Shown here one piece after another: positions 12,080 through 25,807 of a DNA stretch of 64,000 nucleotides; the stretch's first letter is position 1, and every line of letters starts with the position of its first letter. This stretch comes from Mobula hypostoma (Eukaryota). Below the pieces are notes generated by a model. It saw only the letters and a program-made list of their open reading frames with translations. It searched no databases and was not told where the DNA came from. The stretch spans positions 39,868,001-39,932,000 of the forward strand of contig NC_086097.1 of NCBI RefSeq assembly GCF_963921235.1, written 5' to 3'. The position numbers and the translations under genes were made by a program.

Positions 12080-15000
12080 AGTCCATCCAGAATATGAGCT
12101 TCATCTTCTAATCCTGAAGTCTGTCAGCATCTTCTTCCTTGGTGAAGACTGATGCAAAATACTAATTTAGTACCTTAGCCATCCTCCGTGCCTCTCTGAT
12201 AGTCTCTGATCAGTCTCTTCTCTCCTCTTACAAACTTCTGCACTATTACCGATTCCCTTTTATGTCTAAAGCTTCTTTTCTCACCCTTATTTGGTATCTT
12301 TGATTTTTTTTTTCCACTTCCCTTCAGAGCTTATTGAAATCAGCTTGGCCCTCATTTGTATTAACAACCCAGCACCTCTCATATGCTATTTTTCTACTCT
12401 GCTTTACTCTCTATCTTTTCAGTCATCCCTTGGAGATCTGGTTTAATTCCCTAAACCTTTTCCTTAATAAAACTGGACCTAGATTGTAGCTGAAACATCT
12501 CCACTTCAATTACAGCCTTGTTTCCAGTTTACCGAGACCAGATCCACTTTCATCCCATTGAAACTGGTCCTTGTCCAGTTGACAATTTTTATCTTGGAGT
12601 AGCTAATGTCCTTTTCCATAGTTACTTTAAACCTTTTGACATGATTACTGCTCCTTGGCTATTTACCCACTAATACTTGCTGAAAACAGCCTGGTTCACA
12701 TCTCAGAATCAAATTTAGCAATGCAAAGTTGGGCCAGGAATATTTTGATCAATGAAGTCCTTGTGAACATTTCGGAAACTTCAGAGAGTCAAAGGCTCAA
12801 ATTTCACTATTCTATGTTTTGTTTTCAAATCTGCACACTCTCCCTGAAAAGTTGCTCCTCTGTATCAGGATCCTTGACTTGACTTTTTACCTGTTTCTTT
12901 TTTCACTGATGTTGCCTGAGTATTTCATAGAACATAGAATAGTACAGCACAGTACAGGCCCTTCGGCCCACAATATTGTTCCAACCCTTAAACCCTGCTT
13001 CCCATATAACTCCCCACATTAAATTCCTCCATATACTTGTCTAGTAGTCTCTTAAACTTCACTAGTGTATCTGCCTCCACCACTGACTCAGGCAGTGCAT
13101 TCCATGCACCAACCACTCTCTGAGTAAAAATCCTTCCTCTAATATCCCCCTTGAACTGTCCACCCCTTACCTTAAAGCCATGTCCTCTTGTATTGAGCAG
13201 TGGTGCCCTGGGGAAGAGGCGCTGGCTGTCCACTCTATCTATTCCTCTTAATATCTTGTATACCTCTATCATGTCTCCTCTCATCCCACTTCTCTCCAAA
13301 GAGTAAAGCCCTAGCTTCCTTAATCTCTGATCACAATGCATACTCTCTAAACCAGGCAGCATCCTGGTAAATCTCCTCTGTACCCTTTCCAATGCTTCCA
13401 CATCCTTCCTATTGTGAGGCGACTAGAACTGGACACAGTACACCAAGTGTGGCCTAACCAGAGTTTTATAGAGCTGCCTCATTACCTCGCGACTCTTAAG
13501 CTCTATCCCTTGACTTATGAAAGCTAACACCCCATTAGCTTTCTTAACTACCCTATCTACCTGTGAGGCAAGTTTCAGGGATCTGTGGACATGTACCCCC
13601 AAATCCCTCTGCTCCTCCACAGTTCCAAGTATCCTGCCATTTACTTTGTACTCTGCCTTGGAGTTTGTCCTTCCAAAGTGTACCACCTCACACTTCTCTG
13701 GGTTGAACTCCCATCTGCCACTTCTCAGCCCACTTCTGCAACCTAACAATGTCTCTCTGCAATCTTCGACAATCCTCTACACTATCTACAACACCACCAA
13801 CCTTTGTGTCGTCTGCAAACTTGCCAACCCACCCTTCTACCCCCACATCCAAGTCGTTAATAAAAATCACGAAAAGTAGAGGTCCCTGAACCAATCCCTG
13901 TGGGACACCACTAGTGACAACCCTCCAATCCGAATGTACTTCCTCCACCAAAACCCTCTGCTTTCTGCAGGCAAGCCAATTCTGAATCCACCTGGCCAAA
14001 CTTCCCTGGATCCCATGCCTTCTGACTTTCTGAATAAGCCTACCGTGTGGAACCTTGTTAAGTGCCTTACTAAAATCCATGTAGATCACATCCACTGCAC
14101 TACCCTCATCTATATGCCTGGTCACCTCCTCAAAGAACTCTATCAGGATTGTTAGACACGATCTGCCCTTCACAAAGCCATGCTGACTGTCCCTGATCAG
14201 ACCATGATTCTCTAAATGCCCATAGATTCTATCTCTAAGAATCTTTTCCAACAGCTTTCCCACCACAGATGTAAGGTTCACTGGTCTATAATTACCTGGA
14301 CGATCCCTACTACCTTTTTTGAACAAGGGGACAACATTCGCCTCCCTCCAGTCCTCCGGTACCATTCCTGTGGACAACGAGGACATAAAGATGCTAGCCA
14401 GAGACTCAGCAATCTCTTCCCTCACCTCGTGGAGCAGCCTGGGGAATATTCCATCAGGTCCCGGGGACTTATCCATCCTAGTGTATTTCAACAACTCCAG
14501 CACCTTCTCTCCCTTAATATCAACATGCTCCAGAACATCAGCCTCACTCATATTGTCCTCACCATCATCAAGTTCTCTCTCATTGGTGAACACCGAAGAG
14601 AAGTATTCATTGAAGACCTCGCTCACTTCCACAGCCTCCAGGCACATCTTCCCACCTTTATCTCTAATCAGTCCTACCTTCACTCCTGTCATCCTTTTGT
14701 TCTTCACATAACTGAGGAATGCCTTGGGGTTTTCCTTTACCCTATTTGCCAAGGCCTTCTCATGCCCCTTTCTTGCACTCCTCAGCCCCTTCTTAAGCTC
14801 CTTTCTTGCTTCCCTATATTCCTCAATAGACCCATCTGATCCTTGCTTCCTAAACCTCATGTATGCTGCCTTCTTCCACCTGACTAGATTTTCTACCTCA
14901 CTTGTCACCTGCACTCTTATTTCAGATTTCCTGCGGCTGTGGTGTTTTTTAAATTTCATCTTGTTATTCTCATGACTAGTTATCCTAAATAATAGTCCCC

Positions 15001-15680
15001 AAAGTGTAATCACACCAATGTTGTTTCTCAGATTAAAGCAGATAGGATCTGCTCTCGAACATTACAAGGCTTCTCTCTCTAACAATGTCCTCTTTAATCC
15101 AAATCACATTCCTCCCTCCTTCATTTCTTCACCTTCCTTAACATCATGTCATCAGGGATATTTAGAATCAATTTCTGCCCTTTTGTTTGGCCAGTTATCT
15201 ACCAGAATGTGAATTCTTCCTGCAGTTCAACAACCTTCTTTAATAAACTTCTAGTATTTACAACTATTTTAAATCTATTTGTACAGTCATGTTGTTGGGT
15301 CCGCTATAAAAACTTGATATTACTTTTTCTGGTGCTATTTATCTCTTCCAATCCATTTTTGCACCTTTTTTTCTCTTTTTCAGTAAAACTTCCTGAGAGC
15401 ATTCCCTATCAAACACCCTGCACAGTACTGGTGAGCCTTCTTGCATGACATTGCTCAGTTGGGGAACATTCATCCAGATAGTATAGTTACCACCTTCCCC
15501 AGAACTGGTTGCAATGTCTCAGGAAGCTAAAGGCTTTCTTTCTGCACCATCTCTCCAGTTGCACATTTATCTGTGCTAGTCTCTATTTCTATTCTCGCTG
15601 GAGTGTAACACAGGAAGTTATCCAAAAATTGCTTTCTTTTGGGTCCTTCTTCTTAGTTAACACTTTGGTATATTGTAAGG
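12080..15680 (-). mobile_element. Old, heavily decayed CR1, split by a younger CR1
   Basis: Degenerate CR1 EN-to-RT linker at 12080-12900. EN N-terminal and ORF1-like sequence at 14930-15680. Confidence 0.5.
12926..14907 (-). mobile_element. Young CR1 LINE, 5'-truncated (RT plus 3' UTR)
   Basis: ORF 13688..15013 has KSPGPDGI, NYRPV.LTS, QHGF.KGRSCL, YMDFSKA, SGVPQG, KFADD. One frameshift near 13712 and one stop near 13423. 3' tail reads CATAGAACATAGAA on the plus strand. Confidence 0.92.
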
Positions 15681-15882
15681 AGGGGTGCAGAGCCATATTA
15701 CCAACACATATAATGACAGATCGCTCTTATTTCCAGCATTATTCCAAATAATTCCATCATTTTGTCAGACTCAAAGGATTCTGTAGATGTTGGAAATCTA
15801 CACGCAAAGCGTTGGAGGAATTCAGAAAATTAGGCAGCACCTATGGAGGGGAATAAGTAATTAATATTTTGGGCCGAGACCC

Positions 15883-16110
15883 TGTGGTAAACCATATGTA
15901 TGTTGTAACTGGGTTAACTGTCTGGACACACCCCTCTGCTGACTGCCCCTGTGGCTCCTCCCACATTATCCTGTATAAAGGTGTTTCGCCTTGCCCTTCC
16001 CCCTCAGTCCGGGGGCAGACACTCACCATGGATGTCGTGTTGTACAGCGAATAAAAGCCTTTCAGTATTTTACCAAACCTCAGTCTTTTGGAGTTATTGA
16101 AGGTGATTCA
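15883..16110 (+). mobile_element. Solo LTR (228 bp)
   Basis: TG...CA termini, perfect 5-bp TSD GACCC (15878-15882 and 16111-16115), internal TATAAA and AATAAA. Inserted into a Penelope terminal remnant (about 15775-16210). Confidence 0.85.
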
Positions 16111-16449
16111 GACCCTTAATTAGGACGACCCGATGAAAGGTCTCAGAAATATTCACAAGTTATTCCCCTCCATAGATGCTGCCTGACTTGCTGAGCACCT
16201 CCAACACTTTGAGGGTGCTACTTATCTTTTAGTTATTTCATATTTTGCATCTTCGATTCAAGAATCCCACTTCTGTAAAATCTTTCAGAAAAATTAACTT
16301 CGACTGTAACGAATCATCTGCTGGGGAAACTGAGCAGGTTGATCAGCATCTGTGGCAGAAAAGGGAATGTTGACATTTTGCGCACCATGGGAGTGCAGTG
16401 GTTAGCGCAATGCCATTACAGCTCAGGGTGTCAGAGTTCAGAGTTCAGG

Positions 16450-17460
16450 TACAAGAGGTCCAGGTACGATCTCTAGAAAGCCATCTCATGGGCTACATAG
16501 CAATTCTGGACTAAACGTGAATCTTTGAAGTATCCGCGACAGCTGTGGCAGGGCTTGAATGCTAAAACCTCTTATAAAATAAAACCAAGCGACATATGTG
16601 ACAACAGGTTTTCGCTCCCACGTGAGCTCAGTGACTTCTCTGCTTGTTTTGATTGTCAAAACATTGAGGATTCTTCACAAACTCCCACAGCCTCCGATGA
16701 CCCTATAATTTCAGTCTCTGAGCCAATGTATTCAAAGTATTCAAAGTATATTATGATCAAAGAATGCATAAATGATCCAACCTTGAGATTAGTTTGCATA
16801 CAGGAAGCTGCAAAGCAAGAAACCCAATAAAAAAAAAAAAAGACCAATTCCCATGCCTCGGCGTAATCATTCCTGAGGACCTGTCCTGGGCCCAGCCCTT
16901 AAGTGCAATTACAATGAGAACACGACAGTGCCTCTACTTCCTTAGAAGTTGCGAAGATTCGGCATGACATCTAAAACTTTGACAGGCTTCTATAGGTATG
17001 TGGTGGAGAGTATATAGACTGGTTTTATCACAGTCTGATATGGAAACACCAATCCCCTTGCACAGAAAATCTTACAGAAAGTAATGGACATGGCCCAGAC
17101 AATCATGGGTAAAGCCAACCCTGCAATTGATCACATCTGCACGGAGCACTGTCACAGGAAAGCAGCATCCATCATCAAGGACCCCTGCCATCCAGACCAT
17201 GCTCTCTTTGCCACCAGGTTCAGGAACAGTTATTACCCTCAAACATCAGACTCTTGAACCCAGAGGGGATAACTTCACTCAACTTCACTTGCCCCATTAG
17301 TGAACTGTTCCCACAACCTACGGACTCACTTACAAGGACTCTTTGTCTCATATTCTCAATATTTATTGTTTATTTATTTATTTATTTATTTTCTTTAGTA
17401 ATAGCACAGTTTGTCCGCCCTGTTGGGTGCAGTCTTTCATTGATTCTGTTAAAGTCCTTG
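16450..17460 (+). mobile_element. Internally deleted Rex1-like LINE fragments
   Basis: Collinear similarity to parts of the element at 19575-22120 (RQLWQGL.A.TSYK, SDDPIISVSE, 3' region). Confidence 0.65.
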
Positions 17461-17464
17461 GATT

Positions 17465-18712
17465 TAGAAAGATAGAAAACCTACAGCACAATACAGGCCC
17501 TTTGGCCCACAAAGCTGTGCTGAACATGTCCCTACCTTAGAAATTACCGAGGGTTACCCATAGCCCTCTATTTTCCTAAGCTCTATATACCTATCCAGGA
17601 GTCTCTTAAAAGACCTTATCGTATCCGCCTCCACCACTGTCGCCGGCAGCCCATTCCACGCACTCACCACTCTCTGCGTAAAAAAACTTACCCCTGACAT
17701 CTCCTCTGTACCTACTTCCAAGCACCTTAAAACTGTGCCCTCTCGTGCTAGCCATTTCTGACCTGGATTAAAGCCTCTGACTATCCACACAATCAATGCC
17801 TCTCATCATCTTATACACCTCTATCAGGTCACCTCTCATCCTTTGTCGCTCCAAGGAGGAAAGGCTGAGTTCACTCAACCTATTCTCATAAGGCATGCTC
17901 CCCAATCCAGGCAACATCCTTGTAAATCTCCTCTGCGCCCTTTCTATGGTTTCCACATCCTTCCTGTAGTGAGGCGACCAGAACTGAGCACAGTACTCCA
18001 AGTGATGTCTGACCAGGGTCCTATATAGCTGCAACATTACTTCTTGGCTCCTAAACTCAATCCCACGATTGATGAAGGCCAATGCACTGTATGCCCTCTT
18101 AACTATAGAGTCAACCTGCTCAGCTGCTTTGAGTGTCCTATGGACTCAGACCACAAGATCCCTCTGATCCTCCGCACTGCCAAGAACCTTGCCATTAATA
18201 CTATATTCTACCATCATATTTGACCTACCAAAATCAACCACCACACACTTATCTGGGTTGAACTCCATCTGCCACTTCTCAGCGCAGTTTTGTATCCTAT
18301 CAATGTCCCGCAACCTATGGACTCAATTTCAAGGACTCTTTATCTCATATTCTAGATAGTTATTGTTTATTTATTTATAAATAAAAAGCCCTGGGACAAC
18401 CGTCCACACTATCCACAACACCCCCAACCTTTGTGTCATCAGCAAATTTACTAATCCATCCCTCCACTTCTTCATCCAGGTCATTTATAAAAATCACAAA
18501 GAGTAGGAGAGCCAGAATAGATCCCTGAGTCACACCACTGGTCCCCGGCCTCCATGCAGAATATGACCCTATAACCACTCTTTGCCTTCTGTGGGCAAGC
18601 CAGTTCTGGATCCACAAACAAGGTCCGCTTGGATCCCATGCTTCCTTACTTTCTCAATAAGCCTTGCATGAGGTACCTTATCAAATGCCTTGCTGAAATC
18701 CATATACACTAC
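17465..18712 (-). mobile_element. CR1 LINE 3' part, interrupted by a short LINE-tail piece at about 18310-18390
   Basis: ORFs 17554..17796, 17768..18082, 18375..18617 (KFADD) and 18569..18775 (YMDFSKAFDKVPH). Confidence 0.9.
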
Positions 18713-18756
18713 ATAATTGAATGTGCCCCCAAGTAAACATATCTCAGGGTTATATA

Positions 18757-19276
18757 CAGACATCCCACCCTGCAAAAACTCATTTCAGGGAGGTAGCACC
18801 ATCAATTTGTGGGAGACTCCCAGAACTTGTGGGAGAGGTGCAGATGCAGTAGAGTAGCTCCTTAGCAGCTAACCAGCTAGTTTAAATAACGTTAGCTATG
18901 CTAATGAACAAATGACACCTGTTAAACTCACCTCAACATGTCTTTTACAGTCTTAACCCAACATGGGCAATAGAAAAGTCACTGTCGCAAACAGCTTATA
19001 TTTTATAATATTTTATATTTTCTTTTTTTGGAACACTCTCCCATGGTGCGCTCTCTCTCTCTCATTCTGTCACTTGCTTTCTCTCTCGCTCTGTCACTCG
19101 CACGCTCTCGCTCTCTCTTTCACGTGCTTTCTCTCGTGGTCGCTCCCGTGCTTTCTCTCGCTCGCTCGCTTTCAAAAAATTGATTTCCGTGATATTGTGT
19201 ATAATTTGCGGGCATCAGGGAGCCACTATTAATATGCGGGAGACTCCCGGAACTTCCGGGAGAGGTGGGATGTCTG
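18757..19276. mobile_element. Non-autonomous DNA transposon (MITE), superfamily unassigned
   Basis: 13-bp TIR CAGACATCCCACC / GGTGGGATGTCTG. Flanked by TATATA and CATATA (possible 6-bp TSD). Inserted in a LINE-tail motif. Internal (CT/CGCT) low-complexity tract. Confidence 0.75.
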
Positions 19277-19574
19277 CATATAGGGTGACCTTTATGTACT
19301 TTGATAATAAATTTTCTTTGAACTTTGAGTTCTGGCGCCATCTGTAAGGAGTTTTTACATTCTCCCTGTGACTGCGTGGGTTTCCTTGGCTCTGGTGTCC
19401 TCCCACAGTCCAAGTACGTACCAGGTAGCAGCTACACACATCAAAGTTGCTGGTGAACGCAGCATCTGCAGAATTCCTCGTGTTTACCAGTTAGCAGTTA
19501 GTTGGTCATTGTAGATTGTCCTGTGATTAGGCTAGTGTTAAATAGGTGGGTTGCAGGGGGCATGGCTTGTTGGG

Positions 19575-22120
19575 AAATCCATGCAAGGGCATTGCTTCAT
19601 GATCAATTCCTCATGGTGTACAAACATAGTGGTGCTTTCCCACTCCTGTTCACCAGACTTTGAATACCTTGCATTTAAATGCTGTTCATCTTACCTGCCG
19701 TGGGAGATTTCAGTGATCATTTTGGTAGCAGTGCACAATCCACCTCAGGCCAATGTCAAACAGGTTCTAGAAGAACTGAGCAATGTAATCAATAGGCATG
19801 AAACTGCACATCCTGGTGCCTTCCCCATCAGTTTGGAGCTTTTTATCGGGTCATCGTGAAAAGGTCACTATGTAATCATGATCAATAAATCACCAGTGGT
19901 AAGAAAAATACTGGGCCACTGTTCCACCACCATCAAGAGTGCTTACCGTGCTATCCCACACCCACACTTTGGGAAGTCTGATCATCTGGTGTACTTCTGA
20001 TCCCTGAGTATAGGTAAGGACTGAAGACTGCAGCACCAGCAGTGAGGACCAAGAAGATATAGACAAGGGAAACACAAGAGTGCTTACAGGACTTGATTGA
20101 ATTGGTGAACTGGACAGTATTCAGCGATTCATTTTCTAATCTGGATGAGTATGCTGCAGTTGTCACTGACTTCATTAAAACCTGTGTAGAGGTTATGCCT
20201 ACAACAACATACTGTACATATCCAAATCAAAAGTTGTGGATGAACCAGGAGGTCCGTAGTCTGCTGAGGGCTGGATCTGTGGCATTTAAGTCTGGTGACC
20301 CGGGTCTGTATAAGAAAACCAGGTATGATTGCAGAGGGCTATTTCAAGCGCAAAGAAACAATTCTGAGTGAGGTTGGAGGCGACATTGGGTGCACGTCAA
20401 CTCTGACAGAGTTTGTAAGCTATTACTTTCTACAAAGCAAAATCCAACATCATGAATGCCAGATGAGCTCAACACCTCCTATGCCCGCTTTGAAAGGTAG
20501 GGTAAAATTAGAGCCATGAGGATCCCTGTGTCACCCAGTGACCCTGTGATATCTGTCTTGGAGGCCGATGTCAGGCTGTCTTTCAAAAGGGTGAACCCTT
20601 GCAAGGAGGCAGGCCCCGATGGAGTACCTGGTAAGGCTCTGAAAACTTGTACCAACCAGCTGGCGGATGTATTCAAAGAAATTTTCAAACTCTCATTGCT
20701 ACTGTCGGAAGTTTCACCTGCTTCAAAAGGGCAACAATTACACCAGTGCCCAAGAAGAGTAGTGTGAGCGGCCTCAATGGCTATCGCCCTGTAGCACTCA
20801 CATCTATGGTGATGAAGTGCTTTGAGAGGTTGGTCATGGCCAGAGTCAACTCCTGTCTCAGGAACGACCTGGGCCCACTGCAATTTGCCTATCAGCACAA
20901 TTGGTCTATGGCAGATGTGATATCAGTGGGTCTCCATGTGGCCTTGCCTCACCTGGACAATACAAATATCCTTATTGATTATAGCTCAGCATTTAACACC
21001 GTCAATGCTGATTGAAAAGCTACAGAACCTGGGCCTCTGTACCTTCCTCTGCAACTGGATCCTCGACTTCCTAACCAGAAGACCACAATCTGTGTGGATT
21101 GGAAATAACATCTCCACCTCACTGACAATCCACACTGGCGCACCTCAAGGATGTGTGCTTGGCTCACTGCTTTACTCTCTCTACATCCATGGCTGTGTGG
21201 CTCGGTATAGCTCAAATGTCAACTATAAATTTGCTGATGATACAACCATTGTTGGTAGAATCACCTATGGTGACGAGAGGGCGCCCAGGAGTGAGATATA
21301 CCAGCTGATTGAGAGGTATCGTAGCAAAAACCTTGCACTCAACATCAGTAAGACCAAAGAGCTGATTGTGGACTCCAGAAAGGGGAAGACAACGGAACAC
21401 AAACCAATCCTCAAAGAAGGAGCAGAAGTAGAGAGAGTGAGCATTTTCAAGTTTCTGGTTATCAATATCTCTGAGGACTTAACCTGGTTGCGACATATTG
21501 ATGCAGCTATAAAGAAGGCAAGACAGTTGCTATGTTTCATTAAGAGTTTAAGGAGATTTGGTTTGTCACTTAAAACACTTGAAAACTTCTGCAGAAGAAC
21601 TGTGGAGAGCATTCTGACGGGCTGCATCACTGTCTGGTATGGAGGGGGGAGCTACTGCACAAGATCGAAGTATGTTGCAGAAAGTTTTCAATTTAGTCGG
21701 CTCCATCATGTGTACTAGCCTCCATAGTATTCAGGACATCTTCAAGGAGTAGTGCCATAGGAAGGCAGCTTCCATCATTATGGATGCCCAGCATTCAGGA
21801 CATGCCCTCTTCTCACTGTTACCATCAGCAAGGAGGTACAGAGGCCTGAAGGCCCACACTCAAGTGATTCAGGAACAGCTTCTTCCCCGCTGCTACCTGA
21901 ATCCTAAATGGACTTTGAGCCCGTCAACTCTACCTCACTACATTTTTAAAATTTCTGTTTTGGCACTACTTGTTTTAACTTAACTATTTAATATACATAT
22001 ATGCTGACTGTAATTCAGTTTTTTTGACAATTATCATGTACTGCATTGTCTGCTGTGGCAAAGTTAACAAATTTCACGGTGCATGCGGAAGATATTAAAC
22101 CTGATCCTGATTCCAATTCT
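19575..22120 (+). mobile_element. Rex1/Babar-clade LINE, near full ORF (EN plus RT), decayed
   Basis: ORFs 19551..19859 (EN), 20093..20371, 20516..20767, 20647..21015 (YRPVALTS.VMKCFERL) and 20936..21718 ([13 protein letters not shown]). Multiple frameshifts. 3' tail AAACCTGATCCTGATTC. Confidence 0.88.
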
Positions 22121-22893
22121 GGCAGGGCTTGTTCCGCAATGCATCTCTAAACAAATTTTAGGTATTGTGCCAATATCAAGTCACTTGTGGTCGCCAATGA
22201 ATATGCAACAAGGTAAAGTTTGTGGACCTGCTGAGGAGGGCTCAGTGCCAAGTGCCAACCCCATCCGAAGATTTGCCTGCAGGACCGTATCTTTCATTTC
22301 TACCAGTGGTGTTCATGCTAATATGACCATTCATACTCTTCCTCCAGTTTAACCCACTTACAATGAAATCTACATCACAGAAGTAGTTATAACTCAATGC
22401 AGTTGTAACTCTGAACATGTTCTGTAATCAATAGCATTTTAAAAAGAGCAAGCCAGTCTTGGTCAAATCATTCTTTTTTTCTTTTGTTGCCGCAATAAGC
22501 TTTGACAGTGTGAAACATGTTAAACTCTGGCTATCCATTATCTATAATTCATGCTTGGAAATTAATTAAGGACAGTTTCTACCAAGATTGCACATGCAGG
22601 TTAAAGAATGGGAGGATGATGCTCGGCATTATGAGACAAAAAAAAACTCAACAGAAAAGAACCAGCTGGTCAAATCCTTTGAAAGAACATGAAAAGCCTA
22701 CTTTTGCTGTTGTAATGATCAGCTATATTGGCTCGTATTTATCTAAGGGAAACCTTGTTCGTCGCCCACCTGGTCTCCCGGTGATGTCGGATGCTGTACA
22801 ACTGCCACCTGATTCAGCTTCAAACATCAATCATCAGCCAGCACACAATGTACGTTTTACCAGTTACACTTTATAGATATTACTAAGTCTATG

Positions 22894-23299
22894 GGATTAA
22901 TAGAAATTCAATACAAAAAAGGAATGGAAAAGGTGCCAGACTTATCAAAGTTCAATTTCTTTGTGCACACGTTGGAGCTCGGGGTCCTCTTCGGGACCAC
23001 TCTGACCCCTTCAACTCGCAGCTCGGGACAACCGGGAGTGATCAACCTGAGCATTCCCGCACGTCCGTCGTCCTCACAGTCTCTCCTCCGACTCCCCGCC
23101 AAAAGCCCCTGGTTCCCAGTCATATGAGACAGCATATCAACCCAGGAAAGAATAACATGGACACCCATTGGTTCATAGTACTCTGCTATCTGTTATAACC
23201 CAAGCAAAGTGCTAGCTGGAGACTTTCTCAGCATTTAACATAACAAAGAAGCCATTTTAATTACCATACACAATAACATAAAAGAATAAACCCCTCACA
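22894..23299 (-). mobile_element. Probable solo LTR (~406 bp)
   Basis: Minus strand starts TGTGAGGGG. Flanks CTATG (22889-22893) and CTGTG (23300-23304) form a near-perfect 5-bp TSD. The other terminus is imperfect. CpG-richer than the flanks. Confidence 0.55.
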
Positions 23300-24553
23300 C
23301 TGTGGCTGATGCTGTTGGACACATGTGGCCAGATGGGGAAGAGGAAGTTTGCTGAATTCAACACCAGTGGACCCAGGGTCTTGCATACTCAGCTTGCACC
23401 TGGATAGACTGGCAGCAGAAACATCCAGTTCACTCAACAGAACTTAGAGGAATGTTCACACAAGGCAAGGAAAATTATTAAGTAATTTGAATTAAATAAC
23501 TTACTATGTGTTTAGCTATTTAGATTTTTTTTGTGATTTTATTTCTTACAAGCTTAAAAATAACTTTTCAATTGCTTTATTGTTTTTAACAGCTTTTTCA
23601 TCTTTCTGGACTTTCTGAAGTGTTTAAACCATTGACAGCTTTGACATCTGGGTATGGTTTCATCAGCTATCAGGATTTTACGGTAATTTCATGGGTAGGG
23701 CTGTTCTGTCATGTTCACCTATGGGTAATTTGCTGTACAAGTCTCTGGTGCTGTTTCTGAACTTACTATTTCGGGCTGCCATAATATTTCACAGTGATTC
23801 CATGTTAGATGATCTGTAAAAGAATCTGTATTTACTTCTCATGTGCTCATAGTGGACCTGGCTGGCTTGGTCTGATCCAGAAAGTGTTCTTTAAAATTTT
23901 CCAAATCAGAAGAGCACACAGAGTATAAATGTTGTTGGAATGAATTAATTAATCATTCCTGTCAGGTAACAGCAGGATAAAAGCAAGAGAATATATTAGA
24001 TGCCAGAAGATGCTTGAATATATGAGCAAGTTAAAGAGTTAAAGGTTCAAGAGAAACAGGACTGAGAGGGAAAGAAATAATAAACACAGAAAGTCTCTAG
24101 AAAGAAGTAAAAAGAACAACAAATGGAGAGAAAAATCAGACAAGAAAAGATAAAGTTCATCCTTCAGTTTGATGACTTTTCATCGGAAAAGCTGAAGGAC
24201 AGATAGGATCGACGTAAGTGTAGAATTTTGAAATAGATTGGAAAAGTGCAAAGCACTCCAAAGAGAGAAGGTACAGCTTGACAGAGAGGTAAGGTCCCCA
24301 CCTTATACCAATCCTGATTCTTGGACAAGGAGAACTCTGTCGTTTAGAAGGCAAACCTCCCTCTCTCTTTGGTTCAAGACTATCAAAACTACATTTTATT
24401 TATTGGAACGTTTAAGTATTAAGTGCAGTTATGGTATAAAAAAGAACTGCAGAAATAAAAAACTGGAGCAGTGTCACAGAGTAATTATATAAAAATTGAA
24501 GTAAATGTGCTTCTTAATCATTACTGTTGAAATGCAATTATATTAATATCTTT

Positions 24554-24684
24554 GCAAACACGAGGTAACCTGCAGATGCTGGAAATTCCAGCAACACACA
24601 CAAAACGCTGGTGGAACACAGCAGGCCAGACAGCATCCATAGGAAGAAGCACAGTCGACATTTTGGGCCGAGACCCTTCGTCAG
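24554..24684 (-). mobile_element. Short Penelope terminal-repeat insertion
   Basis: AAACACGAGG..CTGCAGATGCTGG...GGCCGAGACCCTTCGTCAG, flanked by the direct repeat ATATTAATATCTTT. Confidence 0.75.
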
Positions 24685-25580
24685 TATATATTAATATCTT
24701 TCCTGAGTTCTACATGTTAAAATTGCAAGTGATGTGAATCAAAGGAAAGGGAAGTATGGTTGACAAGCAGAGTATGGGACTTCCAGCAGCACACACAAAA
24801 TGCTGGAGGAACTCGACAAGTCAGGCAGCATCTATGGAGAGGAATAAACAGTCGATGTTTTGGGGGTCTTTTCACAGCCCATAACTCAGCGTCTGGACAG
24901 CTGCTGACTGAAGGACATATACCCTCTTAGGCATAGAAATATAATAGAACTTACACAATTTGTCTTACTATTGACGGTAATTGTGCATTTTTAAAACAAT
25001 TCTATTATACAGGCCCTACCCAATTGGAGCAGAATGCATGTAACCTTTTAAAGAAATGCACAAGACAAGGGTGAGGAAAACAAGTAACAGACTTACATTA
25101 CCAAATCTTCAATGTTGACCAAAACAATCTAATTTTTTAAATCAAGTAATCATAAATAATTTACAAACTAAAGAATCCAGTTTGAAGAATCTACATCTAC
25201 ATTCTATATAAAGCATGATTAAACTTTGACAGTATCCTAATTTGCTCACTGTGCCAGACACACAATATGACCTTCTCATACAATAAAATTACTCCCTGAT
25301 TATAATGAAATTATGAGCATTACCTGTCATCAAGAATTGCTTGCTTTAGGAAACCATTTTTGTTCACTTAGGAGTTCTCTGATCATCTACTTATTTTGAA
25401 GTGCATACATCCAGTACTCCAGGGAATATGACAGCCAGTTTAAGCATCAGAACGTCCCACAAACAGCAATGCCATGACAGTAAAATAATCTGTCTCGGTA
25501 ATGATGGGCTGGTTATATCTTAGTATCTTTGCAAATATTGGAAAAATAACCAAACTACAATTCAGCTATTAAACTGGTGC

Positions 25581-25804
25581 TGTACCGTATAGCCTACATT
25601 ATAATAAGGGACTACTTTATGTTGTAGTAACACATCTTTCAATGCGCTATTAGGTGCATATTGAGCATGCGCTATTAGACGCATATTGATCTGTACATGT
25701 GTGTTCAGTTCAATTTTGGTCAGTAAAGAACCCTGCTAACTTAGCTCTCATCTCCAGCGTTTTAATTTATAGCTTTGTTGTGTAACCCGGCCACATACAC
25801 AACA
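25581..25804 (+). repeat. 5' LTR
   Basis: TGTACCGTATAGCC...TACACAACA. Ungapped match to 30486-30709 with about 28 mismatches in 224 by hand count, many at CpG. Confidence 0.95.
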
Positions 25805-25807
25805 AAT

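Noticed and set aside
13934..14975. Long plus-strand ORFs such as 14216..14839
   Set aside because: These are antisense shadows of CR1 ORF2, as are similar ORFs opposite other LINEs in the window.
22517..22876. 119-aa ORF in non-repetitive sequence
   Set aside because: No recognisable domain or exon structure. The length is compatible with chance.
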